Source: an uncultured Bacteroidota bacterium (GTDB lineage Bacteria > Bacteroidota > Ignavibacteria > UBA10030 > UBA6906). Taken from it: a DNA stretch of 64,000 nt. The notes under the pieces are model-generated. The model was given only the letters and a program-made list of their open reading frames with translations, searched no databases and was not told where the DNA came from. Position 1 is the stretch's first letter, and the number at the start of each line of letters is the position of its first letter. Positions 37,894 through 46,395 of the stretch are shown one piece after another. The stretch spans positions 457,698 to 521,697 of the forward strand of contig CAVTJO010000011.1 in the NCBI GenBank assembly GCA_963734955.1. The letters run 5' to 3'. The position numbers and the translations under genes were made by a program.

Positions 37894-39401
37894 TCCTCAA
37901 CAACCAGCCTCGTGCTGAAGACCTCTTCAAACATCGCTGACTTGTTCGCAAGCGCCCACTTCTCAAGCAACATATCGCCGTCGCCTTTCAGCTTAAGGTG
38001 GAATTTTGGCTTCTTATACTGCACCTCCAGATCTGCAACCTTCGAAGCATGCTCGTTGTCCATGGCGTCGGCGAGACGGAGCAAGGCCGCCAGCTTTGAC
38101 ACGATCACCCGGTCCTTTGACGACAACACCCTGTATCCGTCGTGAGCAACCTTCGGGAGACTCTTCCTGTGGTAGCGGGCAACATTCGCGACGATTGCCA
38201 TTTGCGATTGGTTCAATCCGATCACAGGTGTTGCAGTCAGCAGGTACTGTGTGTGCTTGTGGTGGTCATTCATATTGATGAAATTGCCGATGTCGTGGAG
38301 GAGGGCGGCAACTTCGAGCAGTAACCGGTACTCAAGGTTCAGGTTATGAAGAGCCTTGGTTTCATCAAACAGCTTCACGGCATATTTTGCAACGACGGTG
38401 CCATGCTGTTCGTCGAACATGTACTTCCGACCGATCTGTAATGCCGACGAAAAGACCTGGTCGCGATACGCATGTTTCTTCTCCCCGTAGAGCTCCTGCA
38501 CCATGTCGACGAGGAGTCCGTCTTTCAAGCCGACATTGGGTATCAGCACCTCTTCAACGTCGGCGAGCTTGACAATCTTCTGCAGTACAACCGACGCAGG
38601 GACAATCACGTCGGCACGGTCAGGCCTTAGTTTCAACTCCTGAATACGCTCCTCATACGTCATGCCCTGGAGCTTCTTCACAAGCGAATCGATCTCATCT
38701 TTCGAAATCACGTCGCTGCGATCCTTGTTGTACAGGTTGCTGCGCAACTGGCCCAACGACTCGATGTTCCCGCCCGTCCCCACACATACTTCAATTTTCC
38801 TGTTGCCGATCTCCTTCTTGATGCGTTTCTGGGCTGCGTCCACATACTCCCGCACAAGCTGGTTGAACTGCCGTTCACCGTGTTTCTTCTCCTCAAGCAC
38901 CTGAAGCAAACGCACAGCACCCATTCTGAAACTCTCTGTCGAGAGGATCTGCCCGTCTTCAACCAGACTGATCTCCGCGCTACCACCCCCGATATCCACC
39001 AGCATGCCGAGCTTGTTCTTCAGATTTACCTTTTCAGAAACCCCAAGATGGATGAGTCTGGCTTCTTCCTCCGCGCCGATCACAGTGATTTCAATGCCGG
39101 ATGCCTGGACAACCCTGTCCAGGAATAGTTCACGGTTCAATGCTTCGCGCGTGGCACTCGTAGCGACGGCCCTCGTCCATTTGGCTGCATGACTCTCGAT
39201 CGTCTGCTTAAAGCGAGCAAGCGCATCGCACGCACGCTCGATCGTCTCCTCGGCGATACTCCCTTTCTTGAAGACCTCCTGTCCAAGACGCACCGGCTCG
39301 CGCACGTTTTCCAGAACTGTAACCTTCCGGTCACCGTCCACCGAGCCGATAACAAGACGGATTGCATTGGAACCAACATCAATGGCAGCTAAAACAGGCA
39401 T
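37890..39401 (-). CDS. ppx: Ppx/GppA-family exopolyphosphatase / pppGpp phosphohydrolase with C-terminal HD domain
   Basis: 503 aa. The N-terminus MPVLAAIDVGSNAIRLVIG is the Ppx-GppA actin-like fold. The HD motif LLHDIGNFINMNDHHKHT is present. Confidence 0.8.
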   Translation of the reverse strand: MPVLAAIDVGSNAIRLVIGSVDGDRKVTVLENVREPVRLGQEVFKKGSIAEETIERACDALARFKQTIESHAAKWTRAVATSATREALNRELFLDRVVQASGIEITVIGAEEEARLIHLGVSEKVNLKNKLGMLVDIGGGSAEISLVEDGQILSTESFRMGAVRLLQVLEEKKHGERQFNQLVREYVDAAQKRIKKEIGNRKIEVCVGTGGNIESLGQLRSNLYNKDRSDVISKDEIDSLVKKLQGMTYEERIQELKLRPDRADVIVPASVVLQKIVKLADVEEVLIPNVGLKDGLLVDMVQELYGEKKHAYRDQVFSSALQIGRKYMFDEQHGTVVAKYAVKLFDETKALHNLNLEYRLLLEVAALLHDIGNFINMNDHHKHTQYLLTATPVIGLNQSQMAIVANVARYHRKSLPKVAHDGYRVLSSKDRVIVSKLAALLRLADAMDNEHASKVADLEVQYKKPKFHLKLKGDGDMLLEKWALANKSAMFEEVFSTRLVVEE

Positions 39402-39521
39402 TGCGCTTTATACGAGATTGGTCTTCAGGCTTGGAGGTAAATATAGAAAGAAGGGGACACTATTCAAACGATCGCCGGGAACGCCGCCCCGAAAAGGCAT
39501 GAAATCGATTCGATGGACTAC

Positions 39522-40514
39522 TCAACCCCCTATCTGACTCATCGTCCGTTCGGGACGAACAAACCCCGGACGATTGATGAGGTGGCCTTCTTCCTTTGAC
39601 CGCACCGCTGCGATGAGCGCGTCCGCAATCCCATCATCTGATTCGCCGCCACGCATCATCGATCGAAGGTCGGTCTCGTGTAATGAAAAGAGACACGTCC
39701 GGAATTTCCCGTCGGAAGTCAGCCGCACGCGATCACAGTCCGTACAAAACGGCTGGCTCACCGAGCTGATGAAACCGACCTCCCCCTTCCCGTCTACAAA
39801 CATGTACCGTTCAGCAGGGGCATTCCTCTCCATTTGCGGAACCGGGAACAGCTGGTATCGTTTTTGAATGGTCTCGATTACTTCCGGCGTCGTCACCACC
39901 TTGTCAATCCTCCATCCATCATCCTTTCCAATCGGCATGAACTCGATGAACCTGACAATCAGCGGACGAGTCAGCGCGAGCTCTGCGAACTTCAGGATTT
40001 CGCCATCATTGACACCCCGGATGAGAACAATATTGAGCTTGACTGGTGTGAGGCCAACCCGTTCGGCCTCTTCAATTCCGGCCCAGACCTGTGCGAAGTA
40101 GTCACGACGCGACATTTCGGCAAACACCTTTGGGTCAAGCGAGTCCAGGCTGACGTTTATGCGATTCAACCCAGCCTCGTGAAGTCTGCCAGCGTGCTCT
40201 TTCAGGAAATAGCCATTCGTTGTAAGAGCGATGTCGTCGATACCGTTGACACGCCGGATCATTTGGACAAGCAGTTGAAGATCCTTCCGCATCAGGGGCT
40301 CGCCGCCTGTCAAACGGATACGCGATACCCCCAGACTTGTCGCGATGCAGACAAGACGGGTGATTTCTTCATATGTCAGCAGGAGGTCGCGGTGCATCCA
40401 TTGCATGCCCTCCTCGGGCATACAGTACCGGCACCGGAAATTACACCTGTCCGTTACAGAGATGCGGAGATTGGTGACCTCGCGGCCAAATGTATCGACG
40501 AGTTCTGAAGACAA
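39522..40514 (-). CDS. moaA: GTP 3',8-cyclase MoaA (radical SAM)
   Basis: 330 aa with the radical-SAM CNFRCRYCMP triad near the N-terminus and a C-terminal Cys cluster (CTDCDRVRLTSDGKFRTC). Confidence 0.85.
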   Translation of the reverse strand: MSSELVDTFGREVTNLRISVTDRCNFRCRYCMPEEGMQWMHRDLLLTYEEITRLVCIATSLGVSRIRLTGGEPLMRKDLQLLVQMIRRVNGIDDIALTTNGYFLKEHAGRLHEAGLNRINVSLDSLDPKVFAEMSRRDYFAQVWAGIEEAERVGLTPVKLNIVLIRGVNDGEILKFAELALTRPLIVRFIEFMPIGKDDGWRIDKVVTTPEVIETIQKRYQLFPVPQMERNAPAERYMFVDGKGEVGFISSVSQPFCTDCDRVRLTSDGKFRTCLFSLHETDLRSMMRGGESDDGIADALIAAVRSKEEGHLINRPGFVRPERTMSQIGG

Positions 40515-40516
40515 GG

Positions 40517-40954
40517 TTATGATTGTGGGTTTGCTATGTCAACTTCGTGCTGGCCCACGATCCACGCGAGCCCTTCCTCAAAATGTTCTCTCTTCCAGAT
40601 CGGAACGATGGTTTTCACGCGGTCTATTGCGTAGCGACAAGCTTCAAACGCGGTGTCACGATGGGCAGCGGAAACAGCCGTCACTACTGCAACCTCACCG
40701 ACCTGCAAAACGCCAATCCGATGGACAAGAGCTACGTTCTCGACAACCCATTTCGTCCTGAGTTCCTGCTCAATTCCCGCCATGAGTTTTTCCGCCATGG
40801 GAACATACGCGGAGTACTCAAGTTGACGAACCCGTTTACCGCGGGAATGATTCCGGACGACGCCGATGAAGACATCAATGCCTCCGGCCCGGGGACTGGA
40901 AATCCCACGGGTAATCTGTTCAACATCAATTGGAAGCTGCGTAATTGCCACCAT
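40517..40954 (-). CDS. moaE: Molybdopterin synthase catalytic subunit MoaE
   Basis: 145 aa with MoaE-like sequence (GAVVTFVG-type region IDVFIGVVRNHSRGK...VHRIGVLQVGEVAVVTAVSAAHR). It is directly downstream of moaD. Confidence 0.75.
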   Translation of the reverse strand: MVAITQLPIDVEQITRGISSPRAGGIDVFIGVVRNHSRGKRVRQLEYSAYVPMAEKLMAGIEQELRTKWVVENVALVHRIGVLQVGEVAVVTAVSAAHRDTAFEACRYAIDRVKTIVPIWKREHFEEGLAWIVGQHEVDIANPQS

Positions 40955-40956
40955 GC

Positions 40957-41205
40957 CTAACCTCCACTCACAGGAGGAATGAAGCTCACTTCGTCACCGG
41001 ATTTCAAGTCGTGAGAGAACTGCACGTACTCGAGATTCAACGCAAGTCTCACGCTCGCCTTCCACTTCAGGAGACCGGGAAAATCTTCAGCGAGTCTCTC
41101 AAATGCTTCCTCTCCCGTACACACACCAGACAAATCAAGAGCGAGCTCATCGCGTTGCACGATATCGCGCAGGGGACCGAAGAACTTCACAGTCACACTA
41201 GTCAT
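40957..41205 (-). CDS. moaD: Molybdopterin synthase sulfur-carrier subunit MoaD (ThiS/MoaD fold, C-terminal GG)
   Basis: 82 aa ending ...FIPPVSGG. Confidence 0.7.
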   Translation of the reverse strand: MTSVTVKFFGPLRDIVQRDELALDLSGVCTGEEAFERLAEDFPGLLKWKASVRLALNLEYVQFSHDLKSGDEVSFIPPVSGG

Positions 41206-42175
41206 TCATCACCAACGCATAATGCGCAGCACCGAGAAGGGCGGTCTTCTCATTCAAAATGACGTAGACAGGCATTTGCTTCATGAGTTCCGAGTATCGC
41301 CCCTTGGTGGTAAATGCTGCCATGAAGTGTTCCTTGATCATCGGGATAATTTTCGGCGCAATCCCACCGCCAACGTACACGGCACCCGTCCCGAGAATTT
41401 TAAGGGCAAGGTTTCCGGCTTCCGCGCCGTACAATGAAGCGAACATACGCACGACACGGACGCAGACCTCATCCGTCGCGTCAATGCCGGCCTGGGAAAT
41501 CACGGCAGCCGGGTCTCCCGCCGCCATCCCGTCCTTCAACCATTGTGGCTCCGCATATGTTGACTTCGAGCGAAAGAACTCGTACAGATTCATGAATCCC
41601 GGACCGGCGACAATTCGCTCGTAGCTTACCCGCGAGAACTTCTTCATCATATATCGAAGCAACTCAATCTCAAGCTCGTTTCGGGGGCCGAACTCCGTGT
41701 GCCCCCCTTCAGACGGAATGGCGCGATACCGCCTGCCGTCCCAGATCAATCCTCCTTCACCCAATCCTGTTCCTGCGGCAATAACCGCGATGGCACCATG
41801 TGGCTGAGGAACGCCTGCATTCAGAACCAATCTCTCCTCGTGCGACAGCCTCAGCGCACCGTACGCGGTTGCGCCGAGATCGTTGATAAGGCCGACGGTT
41901 TTCAGCTTCAACCATGCAGAGATGTCCCGGGAATCGATGGTCCAACCCAGATTGGTCAGCTTGCTGCATCCATCCACAACAGGACCGGCAATACCGAACG
42001 CGGCTGCGGTGAGTTCTGCCGGATGCTCCGATCGCAGCTGCCGCAAGAGGTCGACGAGTGAGCGGAACTGCCGACTTGGATAACTCTTGAAGAGCACAGG
42101 AGTCAGAGTTTCACCATCGGCGTTGAAATACGCGAGATTCGCCTTTGTGCCGCCAATATCGCCGGCAAGTATCAT
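41198..42175 (-). CDS. glk: Glucokinase (Glk family)
   Basis: 325 aa. The N-terminus MILAGDIGGTKANLAYF is the glucokinase phosphate-1 motif. Later motifs include AIAVIAAGTGLGEG and GGHTEFGP. Confidence 0.75.
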   Translation of the reverse strand: MILAGDIGGTKANLAYFNADGETLTPVLFKSYPSRQFRSLVDLLRQLRSEHPAELTAAAFGIAGPVVDGCSKLTNLGWTIDSRDISAWLKLKTVGLINDLGATAYGALRLSHEERLVLNAGVPQPHGAIAVIAAGTGLGEGGLIWDGRRYRAIPSEGGHTEFGPRNELEIELLRYMMKKFSRVSYERIVAGPGFMNLYEFFRSKSTYAEPQWLKDGMAAGDPAAVISQAGIDATDEVCVRVVRMFASLYGAEAGNLALKILGTGAVYVGGGIAPKIIPMIKEHFMAAFTTKGRYSELMKQMPVYVILNEKTALLGAAHYALVMND

Positions 42176-42918
42176 TGGTGGATTACCGGTTCAAGTTGAG
42201 ACGCCGCATCGCAATCAACCAGCCACCGCAGCTCACCTGCAACGGGTTGAATCCGCTGAGCCGGATATGACGCCGGGTTTCCACGAAGCACCTCCGCAAG
42301 AATTCGAGCTTTGCCCGTTCCCGAGACAAGGACGAAAACGTGATGCGCGCTGTTGAGAACCTGGAACGTCAACGTAACACGATGGGCCTGGAGTCTTTCC
42401 ACGTATACGTCGGTCACAAGTTTCCGCCGGTCGTCGAGCGCGGGTGTTCCAGGAAACAGCGAGGCCGTGTGCCCGTCATCGCCGAGGCCGAGCATAACCA
42501 CATCGAAGACCGGCATTGTCCCGGCCTTCAATCCAAATGTCTGCCGCAACTCTTCCTCGTATGCTTGTGCTGCTGCCGCTGGGTCGTTCTCGGTCTTGAC
42601 GCGGTGGACGTTCTGTGGTGGAATGGTCACCCGTTGGAGCAAAGCCTCATTCACCATTCTGAAATTGCTTTCCGGGTCAGATGGCGGGACGCACCGCTCA
42701 TCCCCCCAGAAGAGATGAACCTTCTCCCATGGGATCCGTGAACGCAACGGTTCGGAGCCCAACAAGGCGTAGACGCCCCGTGGCGTGTCCCCTCCCGATA
42801 GTGCAATCGTCGCTCCCCCGGTGGATTTCGCACTACTGACAAGCTGCAAGGAAATCTGACCCGCCGCGGCATGAATCAGCAACGTGGTGGTTGGGTAAAT
42901 TTCCAGTTGTCCGTTCAT
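42172..42918 (-). CDS. pgl: 6-phosphogluconolactonase
   Basis: 248 aa with ALSGGDTPRGVYALL and MLGLGDDGHTASLFPG, both typical of the DevB/Pgl family. Confidence 0.8.
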   Translation of the reverse strand: MNGQLEIYPTTTLLIHAAAGQISLQLVSSAKSTGGATIALSGGDTPRGVYALLGSEPLRSRIPWEKVHLFWGDERCVPPSDPESNFRMVNEALLQRVTIPPQNVHRVKTENDPAAAAQAYEEELRQTFGLKAGTMPVFDVVMLGLGDDGHTASLFPGTPALDDRRKLVTDVYVERLQAHRVTLTFQVLNSAHHVFVLVSGTGKARILAEVLRGNPASYPAQRIQPVAGELRWLVDCDAASQLEPVIHQ

Positions 42919-44126
42919 CTGCCGCCGCTTGCGAGAAGTTTTGTCAGGAACAACATACTTGACTCGTATAACGGATCGTGATACAACACTTCAAGCTCAT
43001 CGGAGACGAGCTCTGCCTCCGTCTTTTGTTGAAGAGAGACTACGGAATCATCGGCGACTGATCCTGCAAGCGATGACTTCCTCCGAATACAGCCTTCATG
43101 ATCTGTCACAAAGTGACCGACCTCGCCCCCGCGGACAAAGTGCAGAACGATCGATTCAATCCCACCCGGACGTTCTCTTCCGGGCGCGCCCGGAACAATG
43201 TGAACACTGATCGCTTGCTCATCCAACCTGAACATCGCACGATATTCGCCGTCCTTCTGCTCTTTGAGCGGATGGACCAGCACCCAATGCAATGCATGAG
43301 CAAACCATGCCGCGGTGAGGAACGATTGCGACAACCCGGAATGCCTGGGGGTCTCCGTCGAGGAATACTTGATAGTTACAGTATCAATACCTGCAATGCA
43401 TTGCCGCATCTCGAGCGGTTGAAACGCTTGCGCAAGCAGGTTTCTCCATTGTGCGAGATGCGTCCACGCAAGATCTCCCAATGCCGTCAGGCTCCGATGT
43501 TCGTCCATGAATGCGCCCCATGAGGCGAGCGAAGCGGCAGGATGCAGCTCTTCAGATGAATCGATCAGAACCCGGTCGGCAACATGGATGAGCATCTGCA
43601 GAATCGAATTGCTCGCATCGAGGTTTGCCTTCCAGAGCACAATGGTTGGGATGTCCGGGACAAGCAATGACGTGATGATACTCGGCACTTTGTTTGCGTC
43701 CGTCCCTTTTGCCGAGAGATTGATCTCTTCGCAGCACACCTGTTTTCCGCCGGGGCCGGGAAGGGAACATCTCGCGGAAACCCAAGCATCGATCCGCGGC
43801 GTTCCGGATTTCCAATCGGCGGAAACCGTCATGATTCTGCTGGGATGATCAACTGTGACCTGACTGATGATCTCTTCAAGGCCGGATGTACGTTCCTCCG
43901 ATCCGTCAGCAACAATCACAAAGTTCAGTGAACATGCGCGGACAACCGGAGAACCTTCTGCAGCTGCCTCCCCAGAAGCATGTTTCCAGAGGTGTGTAAG
44001 CTCACGTTCAATTCCAGCAATATCCACCTCCCTGGGGGTGTCGAGCAATATGGACTGGTGCGGGTCTGCCACAAACATCACGAATTGGGTGGTGAACTGA
44101 TCCAACGTGTGTAGAAATATACTCAA
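42915..44126 (-). CDS. opcA: OpcA-like protein (putative glucose-6-phosphate dehydrogenase assembly protein)
   Basis: 403 aa. The N-terminal motif VDIAGIERELTHLW resembles the conserved OpcA N-terminus. It is translationally coupled to pgl. No zwf is adjacent in this window. Confidence 0.45.
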   Translation of the reverse strand: MSIFLHTLDQFTTQFVMFVADPHQSILLDTPREVDIAGIERELTHLWKHASGEAAAEGSPVVRACSLNFVIVADGSEERTSGLEEIISQVTVDHPSRIMTVSADWKSGTPRIDAWVSARCSLPGPGGKQVCCEEINLSAKGTDANKVPSIITSLLVPDIPTIVLWKANLDASNSILQMLIHVADRVLIDSSEELHPAASLASWGAFMDEHRSLTALGDLAWTHLAQWRNLLAQAFQPLEMRQCIAGIDTVTIKYSSTETPRHSGLSQSFLTAAWFAHALHWVLVHPLKEQKDGEYRAMFRLDEQAISVHIVPGAPGRERPGGIESIVLHFVRGGEVGHFVTDHEGCIRRKSSLAGSVADDSVVSLQQKTEAELVSDELEVLYHDPLYESSMLFLTKLLASGGR

Positions 44127-44287
44127 CTGGTGTCAAAATTCCATGACAATTCTGAAACCGTTCAGTCTTCGACGACCGAAGTACGGTTTTTGCACCCGGA
44201 TGAGGTTGACTTTCTCTGGCACAGCTTTTATACTTGATTGAAGACGATGGCTCGCTGAAGCATTCCCTTCTTCTGTGAGGTGCAAGG

Positions 44288-45001
44288 ATGCAGAGGCTTT
44301 CGTTGGAACTGTTTATTGGCGGTGGTCACGACGTTGAGACGCGTCAGTATCAGGTGTTGAACTGCCTGAAGAGCTACTACGCCGAATTCTCTCACAACCG
44401 TCTCTACCCCGCGTTCAAAGACCTCATCGATGTCACATCAACACTCGAAGGTCTGGTGGGAAAGAAAGAGAACCTGGAGGGGAACTTCCCACAACAGTTG
44501 GTCGGGGTCGATATCGAACATCAGCAGCTCGTGTTCGACAGCGTCTCCGGGCGTGATCCGGGGTTTGAGCGGGCGATGGACTTGATTGTATGGTCGTTAC
44601 CGCACCTCAGGAAGGCAGTTGAAGAAGCCATTAACATTTACCACTTCGTCGACGAGCATATCATGATCGAAGAGGTCGGGATCATGCCAGTATACAAGGA
44701 GGAGGGATACTGGACGGTTCCGGATGCAAGAGCACACCAGCTATATCTGTTACGTTATGAGGTGTCACTCTTCACCTCGTCCGCCGAACGGTATCGACAG
44801 TTGAAGACAACGGTGCTCGAAACCATGGAAATGACTGCTCTCCACAAACCCCCGGAGACATTCAAGCTGGACGTTATAGAGAAATACCAGGACCTCCCCA
44901 ATCCCGCAATGTACATGTGCGCGACCGATCTTGACTTCCCCTATGAATCCACGATCCTGCCGATCGCCAAGCGCAAGTTGATGTCGCAGCTGTATTCCTG
45001 A
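44288..45001 (+). CDS. Hypothetical protein
   Basis: 237-aa ORF, divergent from the opcA-like gene. I recognise no motifs in it. Confidence 0.4.
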   Translation: MQRLSLELFIGGGHDVETRQYQVLNCLKSYYAEFSHNRLYPAFKDLIDVTSTLEGLVGKKENLEGNFPQQLVGVDIEHQQLVFDSVSGRDPGFERAMDLIVWSLPHLRKAVEEAINIYHFVDEHIMIEEVGIMPVYKEEGYWTVPDARAHQLYLLRYEVSLFTSSAERYRQLKTTVLETMEMTALHKPPETFKLDVIEKYQDLPNPAMYMCATDLDFPYESTILPIAKRKLMSQLYS

Positions 45002-45100
45002 CCTCTCATTCTCTTCCCAGCGACGACGAAGAGGTACACAAATCCGCGAGAGTTGAATAGTTGGGATGGTCCAACTGCTTACAAGGCAACAATAGAGCGG

Positions 45101-46395
45101 CTACTTTGTCAGGATGCCCATTGATTTCTGCAACTGCACGAACGCGCTACTATAATCATACAGCGCCTGGATTCTTGTGATGCGGGCATTGGACAGGGAA
45201 AGCTGGGCGTCCGATGCATCGAGAGCCGTACCAACACCGGCCGCGTATTGCCGCTCCGCAAGAAGGAGATTCTGTTCGGCCTGCTCGACAAGTTTCGAGG
45301 TGGCATCCAGCCGCTCACCCGCCTCACGCAGATTAAAGTACGCCTGCTCGACTTCGAGCACGATTGACTCGTGTAATACCTGCAGATTTGCTTCGGCGGC
45401 ATCCGCTGCGGCCTGCGCCTGCTCCACCTGCCCCGCAATGGCAAATCCCTGGAATAATGGAAGTGACAACGTCACCCCGGCACTCCACCGCCTGAACAAC
45501 GGAGTGTAGTCAAAGTTGCTCCAGGTCAGGCTCCCCGTTGCCGAGAGCGTCGGCAGATGCTGATCCCACGCGGCGGTGACTAGCGATTTGCCTGCCTCAA
45601 CACGTGCCTGGGCGGCGAGCAACTCCGGCCTCGTTTCAAATGTCACGGACTTTACACTGTCAAGATCCATTGAGAACGGAGCCACCTGGAGCGTATCGGT
45701 GAGGAGATAGGCATTCTGTGGATGCAGTCCGATGGCATTCTCCAGCTGGAGATTTGCCAGGCGAAGCTGGTTCGCGCCCTTATGAGGTTCACGTTTGCGT
45801 TGGCAAGATCAACTTCCGCCTTCGTCACATCAAACAATGGGCGACGACCAACACTGTAGAATGCTTTCGCCTGTGTCAGATGTTTCGTTGCCTGACCGAC
45901 TGCCTCTTCATTCACCCGAACAACCTGATCGGACTGTACGACCCCGAAATATGCAACCTCCGCATTCGCTATCACTGTTGCCCGCGATGCCGTGTAATCA
46001 AGGGACGACGCATCAAGTGTACTGCTGCCCGCTGAAACCCTGTTGATGGTTCGTCCGAAATCAAAAAGCGTCTGGCTTGCCTGAAGGCCTGTTGTATAGC
46101 TGTCGTACGTTTGATTGCGAGGAGGAATGGTCGGGTTGAACACAAATGCGCCATCGTTACGCGTAACCGACCCCGACACACTCAGCGATGGAAAGTACGC
46201 AGACTTCGCCTGAGTGAGGGAGCCTGAAGCAGATCGAATGTTCGCTTCCGCCGCCCGCAGGGCCGGATGATGTTCAACTGCAAGGTCGATTGCCTGCTGC
46301 AGCGTCAAACTCTCTCCGGACGATTGTGCGAGTGCAATACCTTGAGAGATCCAGGCAATTGTGACGAGCAGGACATCAGCGCGGGTTCCCCCCAT
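45101..46395 (-). CDS. TolC-family outer membrane efflux protein (OMF), split by an apparent frameshift near 45775
   Basis: ORF 45652..46395 has a signal peptide and the first TolC repeat. ORF 45101..45685, in a different frame, is the second repeat. Joining them as ...VNLIRAR|ANQLRLANLQLENAIGLHPQNAYLLTDTLQVAPFSMDLD restores a contiguous OMF. A short indel in a gcgcg tract is implied. Confidence 0.65.
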
